Below, in pieces: positions 35,456 to 49,070 of a stretch of 64,000 nucleotides of DNA. The position numbers were made by a program, and so were the translations under genes. Under the pieces are notes generated by a model. That model worked only from the letters and a program-made list of their open reading frames with translations, was not told where the DNA came from and searched no databases. Each line of letters opens with the position of its first letter. Within the stretch, counting starts at the first letter, position 1. Origin of the DNA: Chrysemys picta bellii (taxonomy: Eukaryota); contig NC_088791.1 of the NCBI RefSeq assembly GCF_011386835.1, forward strand, positions 115,940,001-116,004,000. Reading direction: 5' to 3'.

Positions 35456-35824
35456 GGGATACGTCTACAGTGCACACTAAGCCAAGGCTCTGACTCAGGT
35501 TTGAAGCAAAGCCCCCCCTTCTATCCACACACAAATCAGCCTGACAGGTTAGCAAACACTCAGACCTCGGGTCCTAGGACCTTGTTGGGGTGGGGTCAGA
35601 GCCCGAGTCCCACTGACCCATGTGTCCAAGTCTTGTCACTTTGCAGTGTGGACACAGTTCAGACCCAAGTCAGAAGGTCTGCTTAGTGCAGTATGGATGC
35701 ATTACCACAGTTGTGAGATCCAACAGTTGTAAAGCCAGGTGTAAAATTCAGTCTGTACATGGGGTTGGCAATACTGAGTCCACAAGCCTGGATCCCACAG
35801 ACCCATTGCCAGGCAGACATACCC
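35456..35824. mobile_element. PIF/Harbinger-type MITE
   Basis: TIR gggatacgtctac / gcagacataccc; 3-bp flanks cta / tta. Confidence 0.8.
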
Positions 35825-36088
35825 TTACAGGCCTAATCTGTTGATAGGAGTTTGCCTGAAGTGAGCAGGAGTGAGCCCTAAAGTCAGTCTTGGCTAAAGG
35901 TCCAGTTGGCAATTTACTGGGGAATGTCAAATTGTGTGGTGATAAACATCTAAATCTTTTACATTGGCAGTTTTTATGTCTGCTAATAGTTCAAATTTTG
36001 CAAATGCTTCTGAGTTTATTGCTAGATTTTTTATTTTTATCTACTTGAAGATCAGTTAGTGTTAGATGTGATATTCCTGGTTTGGAAA

Positions 36089-36309
36089 CAGGGCAGGCTC
36101 CAGGGTTTTGGCCACCCCAAGCAGCCAAAAAAAAAAAAAAAAAGCCGCGATCGCGATCTGCGGCAGCAATTCAGCGGGAGGTCCTTTGCTCCCAGTGGGA
36201 GTGAGGGACCGTCCACCGAATTGCCGCCCAATACCTGGACGTGCCGCCCCTCTCCGGAGCGGCTGCCCCAAGCACCTGCTTGGTAAGCTGGTGCCTGGAG
36301 CCGGCCCTG
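36089..36309. mobile_element. Young hAT MITE
   Basis: Perfect 8-bp TSD tttggaaa; TIR cagggcaggctccagg / cctggagccggccctg (15/16); many CpGs retained. Confidence 0.93.
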
Positions 36310-39300
36310 TTTGGAAAAACTTGTGCCAATGCTACCAGTTTTATAAGATTTCCCAACCCCTGTCTGGGGGAAAAAGAAAAGAACAAGTAAGTAGTGATTT
36401 CATGCCAGACTTGATGACACTTCTAACTTTTCTGTTGGAGATCTTCCACCCAACACAGTTCTATATGAAGAGAGCCCATAAATAGAATTATATTTGCCAG
36501 TTTTTGTGATAAGCCATTTTTTCCTTCTATCTGTGACACAACTAATGGTGATAGAGTGAAACAGACAGGAAAGGGTTAAGGGCTGCCTCCCTGTCGCATT
36601 ACTCAGTAAAGGCCTGTCCTCTTTCCAGAGTTAAGCCGGACCAGGGGAAAGACTCTAGAGACTGTAGCCTGCTTTGGTTAGGGGAAGTGCTTTGTTTCCA
36701 GTTATTTCAAAAGATCTTGTGTTTAAATAATAAACTGTATCCTGAGGCAAGGGCCTGAAACAGACGGGAGTGGCACTGGTCCTTTCCAGGGCTAGGGAGA
36801 TAGTCCACCAATTTACACTAATAAATAAACGACAGTACTGATAATTTAGGCTAGTGTTTTCAATGTAATTAGAGAAGAATATCAATCTGGGGCCAAAATA
36901 TTCCCTCAACTATACCTGTTCTATCCTGCTGGGCCAAATTCTTCCCTGACTTACATTTGGTGCAATCCCAACCTATTTCCTGATCTACACTTAGTCAATT
37001 CCATTGAAGTCAATGAGGGGCACATTGGGTGTAGATCAGAGTTGAATGTGTAACTGAGTGCAAATTTTAGTCTCTGTTATATATGGAGGGGGGAACCAAT
37101 AAACAAGAAAACCAACAGCCTACAGAGTGAGACTTTCAAAACTAGTGACCACATAGCGCGTACAAATAGAAATGTTTACATGCAAATGTGTCTCTTAGAC
37201 ACAGACTCCCTTTTGTATAGGCATGCACAAATATAGGATTTGTACAGTAAGTGCGGTGCTGGTGGGCTACAAGGAATATTTGCCTAGTCTGAGCTGCAAC
37301 TTTGACTTCAGAACTAAATAACATTAATCCTGCACTTTTACATAATAGCTGTGGTTGAGACTCTCAGAATACTTCACAAATATTGGGGCCTGGGTTTCAG
37401 TTCTGTCACTCAGGCAATGTAAAGAGACCTTAACGTAGTTGAGAATCAGTCCCTAGCAGTTACAGTCTAAGCCTTCAAAAGCACCCAAGTAAAATAGGTG
37501 CTGCATGGTAAGAATTATTATTTACATTTTACATTTGGAAGAACTGAGACCTAAAAAGTCTGTCTCGTATTCATACACAGCTAGTCTGGGGCAGAACGGG
37601 CTAAAACTCAGCTCTCCTGACTCCAGTCCTATGCTCGAACTGCTGTATATGTTACTGTTCTCTAGATAGTTCCTCCTCACCCCCCAAAATCCCTATTATT
37701 TCTGTTGTCCTAGTGAATTGGTTTTCTAGTGTCTCACCAAACTGAGGTCAAGGCTGCCAAGCTCTAGTTAAAATCCATATGTTCACCAAAATGCCATCAC
37801 TTACGTCTTGCAGTTTCTGAAACATTAGGTATGATGTTCACATTATTACTCGCTAAACAGTTTCTTATACCGTGTAGGCCAATGCATATCAAAATTCATG
37901 AATTCTGATGGTTACAAAGAGCTTTTAATGATACTTTCAGAGGATGAAATATATAGGTTTCAAAAAGGTATGCGAAAATATGGATATTAGGCATAATGGT
38001 TAGAGGTAGGAGGAGCACACAAGATCAACAAGCTAGACAAGTTCAAAAACCTTTAGTGATTGTGTAGCAATCTGTAATGAAAATTCAAGTGCCTTCCCTT
38101 TAATGATCCATTTATCTCTTCGACATGATTTTTTATCATTCTAACTGGCAATGTTCCTGTTTTCTGGGTGTTTACTGTGAATTTGTTTTGTCAAACAAGT
38201 CTTTAATACCAGATAGGTTAGTCCACTTCCTGAAGATTTTCACTGAACAAATTATCCTTTTTTAAAGGAAAACAAAGATACATTATTTTATATCTAAATT
38301 AGGCATTCTGACAGGCTCCTTGTTATTGAAGGAGGGGAGAATTTAAGAGGCTTTAACACCTTGTCCCTGTGACGGTAGGTGTATCTTTTTATGGAATCAT
38401 TACTATAAGTGGCACTTTTAAATTCTGTTATATTTGTGCATAGATTATCATGTGAATAAATAGGTTTGGTGTTTGGAAAATGGAGAAAGAATCATTGTAT
38501 AATTGCAACTCAGGGATGAAACATTGGACAAATTAAAAATAACATTTTAAATAAATTCTTCTTGGGTGTTAATAGCACCTTTTTATTATTAAAACTAAGA
38601 ATTCTTTTTAAAAAATTGTTTATGGGACCTGATCCTGCATTTTGCGGCCTCAATAGTCTCCTTGAAACTTATCTCCCTCAGTTGTCATTTAAGTTAAATA
38701 TTCATGAAAACATGTCTATAAATATTAAGTATGTTGATTCCTATTTAAAGATACCTATCTAAGGGTTTGAACTTGCAACACTTAATGATGTAAAAATCCT
38801 GTTGAGTTCAAGAGGGCCACTCATAAGTGGTAGGATTACTCATGTGAGTGAAGATTGTACCCTTCATCTGTGGCTTCATCTACTTGACAGTGTCCATTTA
38901 ATGTTATAAGGCCCAATTTAGGTCCCATTGAAGTCCCAGTCAAAAAATGTGCTCCAGAACCATTTTGCTTTTGGGGTATTTATAGATCTGGAGGTTTAAG
39001 AATTCTTCTAATTTATAGGCAGGCTCTGCTGGCACTAGTTAGTTTTCAGCAATGCTGTATATTTAGTCCCACTTATTAGGTATAGACACTGGACATACAT
39101 GGAAATCCTCTCTACTGCAGGCTATAAGGCAAATGCTTTGATGAACAGCAATTATGAGACAGGACCGTTGTTTACAATAAAATGGTCATTTTGACAGGTT
39201 AAACACAAAATTCTTTTTATTTGAATGGGAGATATGCCTGAATAAAGACTGTAGGATCACAAAGTAATCTTAAATTATCCCCAAATACCACCAGGGCCCA

Positions 39301-39600
39301 ATTGTCCCAGTAGCATGATCAGTGCCTCGACAAAAAAAAAAAGTGATAGTTATTTGGCATAAACATTTATTGCACAATGTATATTTAGCCTGGTAATGGT
39401 AACAGAAAATTACTTCCTTCAAAACAGATAATATGCTTTCCTCTATTTGCAAATTTTCTAACATTATGTTTTTATGTACTGTTCTGTAATTCTTATACAT
39501 TATCAGCTCTTTTTCTCTCTCTCTCTGTCTGCCCCTCCCCCCCAACAAATTGATTTTTTTGGATTAAAAACAAGAATGATGACAAACCGCATACAGCAAC

Positions 39601-39704
39601 AGAGAGTTCTGTGGCACCTTTAAGACTAACAGATGTATTGGAGCATAAGCTTTCGTGGGTGAATGCCCACTTCGTCGGATGCATGTATTGGGTACATGCA
39701 TCCG
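39601..39704 (-). mobile_element. Penelope-like element terminal fragment with an inverted junction
   Basis: gtggcacctttaagactaacagatgtattggagcataagctttcgtggg...cccacttcgtcggatgcatg, typical of a reptile Penelope pseudo-LTR. Confidence 0.8.
39643..39682 (-). ncRNA. Minimal type I hammerhead ribozyme motif (near-intact, U4C)
   Basis: GCAU CCGACGA A GUGGG-CAUUCA-CCCAC GAA AGCU U AUGC: 4-bp stem I, 5-bp stem II, palindromic AGCU stem III. Confidence 0.7.
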
Positions 39705-42700
39705 CATACAGTTACTTGTACTCTGCCTCTGCAGGACAGGTGGAATTTTAAGGCACCTTCCAGTGTAGCATACGAGTTGTGCCTATTAATGAGGCACCAA
39801 GGTCTGTAGGTCATTCACAAGTAATTATTTTTTCAGATTACTCCTAACAAATTCTGCACTTAGGGAGCTATAAATCGTTTTGGGACAGAGTCGGGTACCT
39901 GTATTCACACTAAGTAACATCTTACTGAACAACTAGTCCCACTGAAGTCACTGGCCTTACTTCTGGACGATCAAGGTGCTATTCAGTGAAAGTAAAGGTA
40001 TCAGAATCTGGCCATTACGTTATAAAGGTCTGAGGAAGCCTCTGAGTCATTTTTAGAATTAATAAAATGAAATCAGAAAACATGGAAAATACAAGATGGT
40101 GCTTGCAATATAATCGCTAGCGCACGGTACCTAATTTATTACTTTGATGTGATGTTTATATTATCACTCAAGATTTTCATAGATTAATCCAAAAGATGTG
40201 ATTAAAAAAAGAGGCTGAAATGTTTGATTAAGGTAAATCAGAATCTCAAATGAGGGTGGGGAGTGTGTGTTGTAACAAGAGTCAGTTTGGAGCAATGAAT
40301 TAAGCATATTTTTTCTCTTCTCTTTATCCGTCAACAATGCCCACATTCAGCAAAGCACTCAGACCTGTGCTTAACCTTAAGCATGTGAGTAATCTCATTC
40401 CTATTCAGCAAAGCATTTAAATAGGGACTTGCTTAAGTCTCTGGCTGAACCGTGACCCCTACCCACAGTATAACAATAGTTAGGAGTCAGGACTCCTTGA
40501 GTGTACAATACATATTTCATAATGCAGGGTTTTAACGATCACAGTACTTCTGATATTTTTCTAGTGATCTGGTAGAATTAATTTTAAGATTTTTTTTTAA
40601 TTGGCTAAAATAATCCTGCATTGTTTGACCTAGGTATATGGGGGACAGGTTAAACCTAGAGACTTCAGAGATAAGAAAAAAAGAGTGAATCTGTGGAGTT
40701 AAATTAGTAAATAATTTAGAGTGCTTAAAACAACAGTGTTCACACATTTTTAATTTAAAGCCTGCTAAATCCTTTCAAAATTCATTTGTATTTGCAATTA
40801 CTTAAACTGAGAGTAGTGCACTGTGGGGAGTGAAACTATAGATTTTAAGTACGTAGCTGGAGGTAATATATAAATTCAATTGATCAGTCTGGCAGAGAAT
40901 TGATGCCACAATTTGTACCCAATGGCACTTTCTTTTTCTTACCCGACTGGCTTTAGAACATTATCAGAAAGTCAATATGATACGCCAATATAGTGATATA
41001 CTTGCAGTCATAAGCCCCTTTTTCAGATTAAACCTTAGGTGCTCACATTGTGGATTATAATGGACAGACAACCTGACTCCATCCCACTATGAGTTGCTCT
41101 GAGAGCACTTGACTCGACTTAGCTCCAAGGTTTCAAATGGTTATCAATGGCCCTAACAGCCAGCCAAACCAGTAACACAGGCTGTCTGTCTCTACAAGAC
41201 AAAACAGTGGGCAGAGGATAACATATATCCAACACTGCAGTCTGGCTGCAGCTCTCTCTCTATCAGCTGCCTGTCTCTAACTGGCTTTCAACTCCTTGTG
41301 ATCAAGTTTCCTTTATAATGTCCCTTAGTCTCATGTTTGGGTTCTCTTTCTCTCTTAATTTATTAATGCTATCACCCCACAGCATTATCTTTTGAACTCG
41401 TTCCATTCCATAAAAGTCATCTTTAGGAACTCACAAGGAGCATCTTCGAAGCATGCCTTTTGGGAAAGTGATGTTTCTGCATGTAGATAAAATGGAAGGT
41501 ATCACTTCTGAATGTACTGAGATCAGGCCTTATAGTTGTTATTTTTATAGAAAATACAGAACGTTTATTCAAACACAAACTCATAATCTCTGCCATGACA
41601 GAGAAAATTAAAAGGCCATTCACAGCTCTGCCTATTACATTTTTTCCCCTGTGAAATTAGGCTGTATACAATATGTACAATACCATCTACATTTTGCTGT
41701 GTATGTTAATTTTCTGCTGAGGCAATGACCCTTTCCTCTCCATCCATGTAACATGTGAGGCTTTGAATGAGAGGAATCAGAGAAATATTGAAAAGGTCTA
41801 TTGGCTCAACAATTGTCTAGCTCTCTCTCAGCCAGTGCAGGATTGTTCCTGGCTGTACATTCACAAGTGCTTTGTTCAGTGTAGTTTTAAGTAACTCAGT
41901 TAATGGGCACTTCCACCACTTTCCTTTCTGAAAACTGTAGTAGACTTCACAGTTGTTAATTAATTCTTGGTCTTCAGCCTAACTTATATGGAGCTCAGTT
42001 TCATTACTTATATATCCTGGGACCACCCTAAACTTTTAATCTCCCCAGTAGTGTTTATGGCCTCTGAATCCCCATAAACAAAGTTCATACCCCTGTTCAG
42101 TTGCTGCTTAGCCAACCCATACATATTTAGTTCCTTAAAGGATCAATTCTGCTAGTATTCATGTTTAGAACTCCCATTAATTTCAATAGGAATTCTTGGC
42201 ATGGAATGCATGCAGGATCAGCCTGTTAATCTTCCTTTGTTAGTCAATACTTCCATCAGCTTAATCATTTCTTGCACTTCTCTGCAATCCATACAATTTG
42301 TTAATGTAAGAGTGACCGCTAGATACTGACCACTGACATGTGACCGGGGAATTAACCTTTGTATCCCTGTCCTTGGTTGGATGACTGGGGACAGGAAATA
42401 CAGTTCAGCCACTCACTGGCACTCCTATGTGTCACACCTTTATGATAATCAATCAGTACTTGATGGCATGCGGTATTCTATGTTCAGCCTTAACAGTTCT
42501 GTGTAAGAAGGATTGCAGGATTGCACCTTCTTGCTTTGTGACAAGATAATTCTGCAGCCCCAAAGTGTATTTATGTGGAGTTTCTTTTTCATCCATTACG
42601 AGAAAAATGTATTTCACATCTCTACTAATTTAGGCCTTGATCATGTCCAACAACTGTGGACTCTACTAACCATCGGTGTTCAATTGAAGTCAGTAGGGCT

Positions 42701-44604
42701 CTACCTAAGTACCAGGGTAAACCCACACAGGTAAGGCTCTAATCCTATGAACACACCTATGCTTAACTTTTTAGTACATGTGTAGTCCTGCAGACGTCAA
42801 TGTTAAAGTTCAGCATGTGCATAAGCATTTGCAGGGTGGGGGTTAAGAGTGCAGGTCTGGGGATTGAGAGTGAAATTCATCTGCAGTGCAGAGGACCCAT
42901 GCAAGTCCCAATGCCACAAGTAAGCCTGTGCCAAAGATTTAAGTAGAGTGCAGGTCTTCCACACTGGAGGTGAACTTCACCCTTAAGAAATTTAGCAGAA
43001 TGATATGCTGTCAGGCTTGTTTTTTCACTGGTGGTCTCTTCCACCTTTAAAGAAGCAGATTGGAGACAATATCCTCTAAATGTAGATCTGATTCTACGCA
43101 TGAAAATAAACCCTTTTTGTTATGCTAAGATCAGTGAAGAACCAGCCTCCTTAGTCATTTGGATTTTCTATTTTTTGCACATTGATTGCTTATCAGGAAA
43201 TTAATAAATGTGAAGGTAAAAGGACCTGCACACATCAGGGCAAAAAAGCAATAGCCATTAAATCTGCAACATACAGTATATGCCCTTTCAGCAATAAGGA
43301 CACTGCTGGAAATTGTCAGTGTGACAGATTTACTCTTAATAGCTTAAGCAAATTTCACAGTTTACCAGGGTAATTTTCAAGTAAGAAACATTAATGTGTT
43401 TGGAATAAAAAATAAAGATTATATACTTCATGCACATCTACAGGGATTCAGCCATATATTTTGTGTGTCTGTTTGAACTATTTAGGATATTCTGGCTGGG
43501 ATAGAAGCTATTGTTTCTGGTGGGTAAGCCATTTAACTGGAAATTTTCCTAGAATTTTACTATATGTACAATATTTGTTGCTCTACCCCATTCATCTGTG
43601 GCATTTCGAGGACTCACTATATTAGGTGCAATGCATGGTATATACTGCTAGCCGGGGGCCCATGATTGAATTCAATTTACCTGGGAAATGGTTCAGTTAA
43701 CATGTTCAGGAGTAAAGTTTGCATTGAAATATGTGTTTACTATTTATGTTAGTGACAGTATGTCCACTAGTCTGTTTTCTTTTCTTCCACCCAAAACTTT
43801 CCACCTTGCTACCACCAGTTCATCTCCAATGGTGGTCACACTTTGGAGACAGGAATCCAGGTAGCATCATGTTGTCTAAGCTTGTTCAGAGAAAGTCTGC
43901 TCAACAATATGTTTAAAACACTAGTGTGTACCAGTGGCTTGGGTTCACTGTCATTACCGTTGTTAAAACAAATAGTGAGACATTTTAGAGAAATAAGGCT
44001 GGCATAAACAAAGCTTTATGGTTCTGTACTGCAAAGTGTTTTATATAAAAAAGCAATTAGGTGTGTGCTTTACTTCAAGTACTACAGTAGTTCTTTTCAG
44101 TATTTTCCACCTTTAATTTTATGGCTATGGTTTCTAGTTTCTAACAGTGTCTGGTAACCCATATTACTGTCAGAGGTTGATGTTAAGGTTGTGTCTGAAT
44201 CAGATTTGAAGGAGTTGCATGTGTGCATTGTGGGTGGGGTAGTACGTTAAAAGTGGGAGAGTATTTGTTATAGAGAGGTATGAGTGTGAGTGTGTTTGGG
44301 TGGTGGGATGTGAACAGAGGTTGGTCTGTATGTTCATATTTTTTAGATTTTTCCAGGACAAATTCTCTACTGCTGTAATTTGGTGTAGCCCCCTCCCTTC
44401 TATGGATCTAGGTCAGTTTGCACCAGCTGAAATTCTAACAAGCACTGTTTGTGTTGGGAAAAAAAAATTGCCAACCTTATCCCTAAATTATTTGTGTGTG
44501 ACTGTATGAGGGGTGGGTGGGTAGTGAGCTATATTTGTATATACACAAACACACTCACAGACATACAGGAAAAGTAGTAAAGAGATCAATTTGTCTCATT
44601 TCAG

Positions 44605-44678
44605 ATGAATTAATTTCACATTGATTCAAAATATTTACAGTTTGGCATAAGATGATCATGCTATGGCTATGAAGAACA
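44605..44678 (+). other. Candidate exon (alternative acceptor at 44641)
   Basis: Acceptor ttgtctcatttcag; consensus donor ACA|gtgagt; unique sequence with several CpGs just downstream. Confidence 0.25.
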
Positions 44679-45084
44679 GTGAGTATTAATGCGCTGTAAG
44701 TAATGACATGCGCAGCAATTTCTCAGAGAAAAATAACTGCCTGCACCATCCACACAATATTTAAATTAGTAATCGCAAAACAGATGCTGAGATTTTAAAG
44801 CTTGTTTTGGGAAACTCTTATCTTAGTTAAGATTTCTAAATTAGGGGGGTTGAAAATGAAGAGGCTGACTTTTTTTTCTAGAGAGCTAAGACTGATGCTA
44901 GAACTTCTCAGAAAGGAGCTATTTTCACCATCTTTTTGATATATTACTATTTAACTACAAGATTGAAATCTCAGACTAATCTCATGCCTGGGAGAGTCTC
45001 CTATGAAGTAGTTATATTTCACCTGTGTAGGCCATTTTGGTTTTATATATTTCACTGTGCCACCCGTTTTTCATAAGTCTCTAG

Positions 45085-46189
45085 GGCCATGTCTACTCTG
45101 CAAACTTTGGACGACATCAGTATATCACTTGTGCATGTGCATAGTTGGCTGCTTGTGTCGGCGCTGTGCCAAGGGTGCTTATGTCAATGCAAAGTGCACT
45201 ACAGGTAGTTATCCCAGTGTGCCACACACTGCTGTCTGGCACAATGCCTTCTGGGAAGTTTTTGCAATGTGTTGTGGAGTAGAAATGAGTCACACAGGCA
45301 TCTCTGGGAGCTAGGGATCAAGTTCCACAGCACGCAACTTTCTTCATCCCATAATGCCATCCATATCCCACAATTTTCGCAGCTTTCTAAAAAAATCCCA
45401 CAAACCCACCCCGTACTTTTTGCTGTCCAGTATCCCTGAGAGAAGCACGGAGCTTGCACTGCGCTGCACTGTTGTCATGAACATTGCAAGTATGCATGAG
45501 CTTCCTGTATTTGCAGACCTGCAGGAAGAAACACAACAGTGGGGAGTATGATACTACTGTTGAGAACAGATTGCTGAGAGTCTAGTGAAAAACAGTTCAA
45601 GGTTGTTGGTGGCATTCACGGAGCAGCTGAAGACCATGGAGTGCTGCTTCTGGGCCTGAGAAACAAGCACTCACTGGTGGGATCACATTGTAATGCTGAT
45701 TTGGGACTATAAGCAGCAATGTCAGAACTTTTGGCTGCCAAAGGCCACATTCCTGGATACGTGTGCCAAGTTCAGCCCACCTTCCAGCACAGGGTCAACA
45801 GAATGAGAGCTGCACTAACAGTGGAGAAGTGAACGGTGATTGTACTGTGGATTGTTATGGGTCAGTGAGAAATCATTTTGGAGTTTGAAAATCCATAGTG
45901 GGGGCTATTGATACACCTGTTCTCAGAGCCGTAAAACATCTCCTGTTACACAGGACTGTGTCTCTTAGTAGTGGGCAGAATATAGTGGATGGATTTGCAA
46001 CAGTGGGGTTCCCAAACTGCGGTAGGGTGATAGATGGCACGAATATCCCTATTTTGGCACCAGATCACCTTTCCACAGAGTACATCAACAGAAAGGGCTC
46101 CTTTTTTATGTCATGCAAGTGTCAGTGGATCACTGGGAATGCGCCACCGATATCAGTGTCAAGGAAGGTGCATGATGCCTGCATCTTTT
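45085..46189 (+). mobile_element. 5' part of a decayed autonomous PIF/Harbinger transposon
   Basis: Left TIR ggccatgtctactctg followed by transposase remnants; truncated at about 46189 with no right TIR. Confidence 0.9.
45630..46189 (+). pseudogene. Harbinger (HARBI1-like, DDE_Tnp_4) transposase pseudogene
   Basis: CFWA*ETSTHWWDHIVM...QNF...KATFL; DGFATVGFPNCGRVIDGTNIPILAPDHLSTEYINRKG...KVHDACIF; contains stops and frameshifts. Confidence 0.9.
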
Positions 46190-47029
46190 AGTTTTCTAAA
46201 ATATAGAGAAGATGGAGTACCCATGGGATTACACCCATAAAGTTGCTCCTGGACTGGTCAGGCAAAATGACACACTAACAGCTTTTATTACCTCTTTAAC
46301 CATGAATGAAGCCCAAAAGGGAAGCCCCAATTGAAATGGATTTAATAAACCACTGTTTGGCCCCTACCTAGGTGATTCCCTAAACCATAGCACACCTGGT
46401 TCAGTCTGGCACAAATGCATTCATTGCAACCAAAGGAGAGGCGGTCTTTGTCTGGCAGGCAGAAAGAAAAGGGGTTGGGGCTCCTTTAAGGGTCCCTACT
46501 GCATTTTGTTTAAGATGGAGAGTAAATCTGTGTACCCCGGGGAAGAGGAGGGGAGGTATTTATAGTCCCCACATTCTGGAAGGAACTCTCCTTCTCTCTC
46601 ATCTGTCACTGATGGAGCACACACCCACCCACCATTGGAATCAGAGTAGGACTGAGTATTTTATCATCGGCTATGGACATTGCAGTACTGGTCTTTTTTC
46701 TTCTGGGGCTGGGAAGGAATTTTTCCTTGACTCCCACAGCTGAGGTGGGGGTGGGTATCTTTGCCTTCCCTCGAGCAGGTCAGGGCCCTGGTGGGGTAGG
46801 TGAGGGGCTTAGGTCAAGATGTGGCAACTTAGTAGGTAGCAAGTGTGGTAGATGTCCAATGCAGGTACTCATTACAGAGGCATTATGGTTGCCTGACAAA
46901 CAGGAGTTGGAAGTGGATTAAGAAAGCATCCCCTAAGAAAGCTGGGAAAAGGGAGGTTGGAGCTCCCAACAATGGGTTTTAGGGACAGTACTGGAACTGT
47001 AAACTAGATATCATCTAAGAGTAGGGGGT

Positions 47030-47265
47030 GGGGTTTTCTGGTTCTGCTTGCAAGCTAGGGGGCTCTGTAGCAAAGCAAGAGCCTATTTAAAGCGAGGTGG
47101 GGGTGAATTTTGTCAATTTGCCTTAGGACGCAGTTTGATTTCTCTCTGTTTTGGGGTTCTTATGCATTGTTGTTCAGAATTCTAAGAAATAAAGCAATGT
47201 TATGTTGCAACCTTCCAACAAGACTTTTTATGGTTGTTCTCTAATTCTTCTGTATGTGTACTATG
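47030..47265 (+). mobile_element. Old LTR-like repeat fragment (homolog at about 59300-59570)
   Basis: Shares ttctaagaaa and a 20/20 match gttgcaaccttccaacaaga with 59489-59508. Confidence 0.55.
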
Positions 47266-48785
47266 AACAAAAATGAGCATCTGGTACAGTAGAGAAAGCT
47301 CTGCCTTTTTTCCAGCCCCCACAAACCCCTCCTACAAGGGGAGGTATGTGGGGCTCCAGCAACAGGCTGGGAGCATGTTGGGAAAGGAGACGGCAGATGG
47401 CCACCTTCCCAAGGAACAGTTAAGGAACTGCACTGGGCAATTTATTGCCGGGTATTCCCAGATATGTTAAGTGAATAAAGTTGCAATCTAATTAAACAAC
47501 ATCCACTGCTTCTTCCTGGGACAATGGCTGGGAAAGGCTTGATTTGAGTGTAGGAGACTTGGAAAAAGTAGTTGCTGTATATTAGAGATGGACAAACTGG
47601 TTTGAAGACAAGAAGTTTTCCCCCAAACTGACTCTGTTGTAATGGTTTGAAAAGGTTGGGTAAACGTTGTGCATCTGTGTGTGATTATTTTTTATTTTTA
47701 TACGTTTGCGCACTTCTAGGTTCCAGTTAGTAAGCAGATGTGCTGAAATTCTTTACTGCAGGGAAGGCAACTTTAATAATATTTTCAGTTCCACCAGAAG
47801 TAGGAAGGACCAAAAATCTTGCAGTAGAGCCCGGTCTTTACTGGAGGATTAGTACAGTTTTGCAAACCCAAGATGTTCAACTAAGTTTTTATATATAGTA
47901 TACAGTCAGGTAACAGGCTATTTTGAATGGAGTGGGGCAGATCTTTTAACTCTTGTTCATATGAGTAGTCCTTTTTCAGGCAAGTTATCCCACTTGGGCA
48001 ACAATTACACAGATGAGAAGGGTTTGCAGGAATAGCCCCTATGGTCCCAATCATGTAGTGTGCTGAGAATGTCCTGGAATATTAAAGGAACCGGGTTAAG
48101 AAATTGCAAGCCCAATAGCAAGGATTTTTAATGAATTTGTAAACTCGGGGGTCTTTCCCAAAGATGGGAGAATTGCAAATGCAGAACCTAGCTTTAAGTA
48201 AGGGAAAAATAAGTAATTGGGAAGCTACAGGCCTGTTAGTTTGATCTCAACGGAATGCAAGGTCTTAGAAAAAAATTAAAGAGAGCGTATTTAGGGATAT
48301 AGAAGTAAACAGTAATTGGGAAAAAATACAACATGGTTTTACAAAAGGTAGATCATGCCAGACCAACCTGATCTCCTTTGAGAAGTTAACTGATTTTCTA
48401 GACAAAGGAAATGCAAACATTTGATACAGTTCCACATGGGAAATTATTAGTTAAATTGGAGAGATGGAGGTTAATACAAGAATTGAAAGGTGGGTAAAGA
48501 ACTGGGTAAAGGGGAGACTAGAACAGGTCAGGCTGAAAGGTCAGGCTGGAGGGAGGTTACTAGTGGAATTCCTCAAGGATCAGTCTTGGGATCAATCTTA
48601 TTAAACATTTTTGTTAATGACCTGGGCTCCCAAAGGGGAGTGTGCTAACAAAATTTGCAGATGACACAAAATTGTGAGGTATTGCCACTACAGAGGAGGC
48701 CTAGAATATCATACAAGAAGATCTGGATGACCTTGAAAACTGGAGTAATACAAATAGGATGAAATGTAATAGTGCAAGTCACTTA

Positions 48786-49070
48786 GGGCATGTCTACCCT
48801 GCAGTTAGACACCCATGGCTGGCCCATGCCAGTTGACTCAGGTTCACGGGGCTCAGGGTGTAGGGCTGTTTATTTGTGGTGTAGACATTCTGGCTGTGGC
48901 TGCAGCCTGAACTCTGGGACCCTCCCACCTTGCAGCATTCCAGAGCCTGGGCTCCAGTCTGAGCCCAGACATCTACGCTTCAATTAAACAACCCCATAAC
49001 TTTAGCTCCATGAGCCCAAGTCAGCTGGCATGGGCCAGCCACGGGTGTCTTATTGCAGTGTAGACATACC
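48786..49070. mobile_element. PIF/Harbinger MITE inside CR1
   Basis: TIR gggcatgtctaccctgca / tgcagtgtagacatacc; flanks tta / tga; removing it restores CR1 cacttagggactaac. Confidence 0.9.

Noticed and set aside
36059-36485. Cluster of four ORFs
   Set aside because: They overlap the hAT MITE and a poly-A run
37805-37816. 12-nt minus-strand microexon (tttcag|AAACTGCAAGAC|gtaagt)
   Set aside because: Pyrimidine tract too short, no upstream UGC enhancer; easily a chance match
46190-46920. Possible LTR/DIRS fragment after the Harbinger truncation
   Set aside because: No termini, TSD or coding motif could be established by eye
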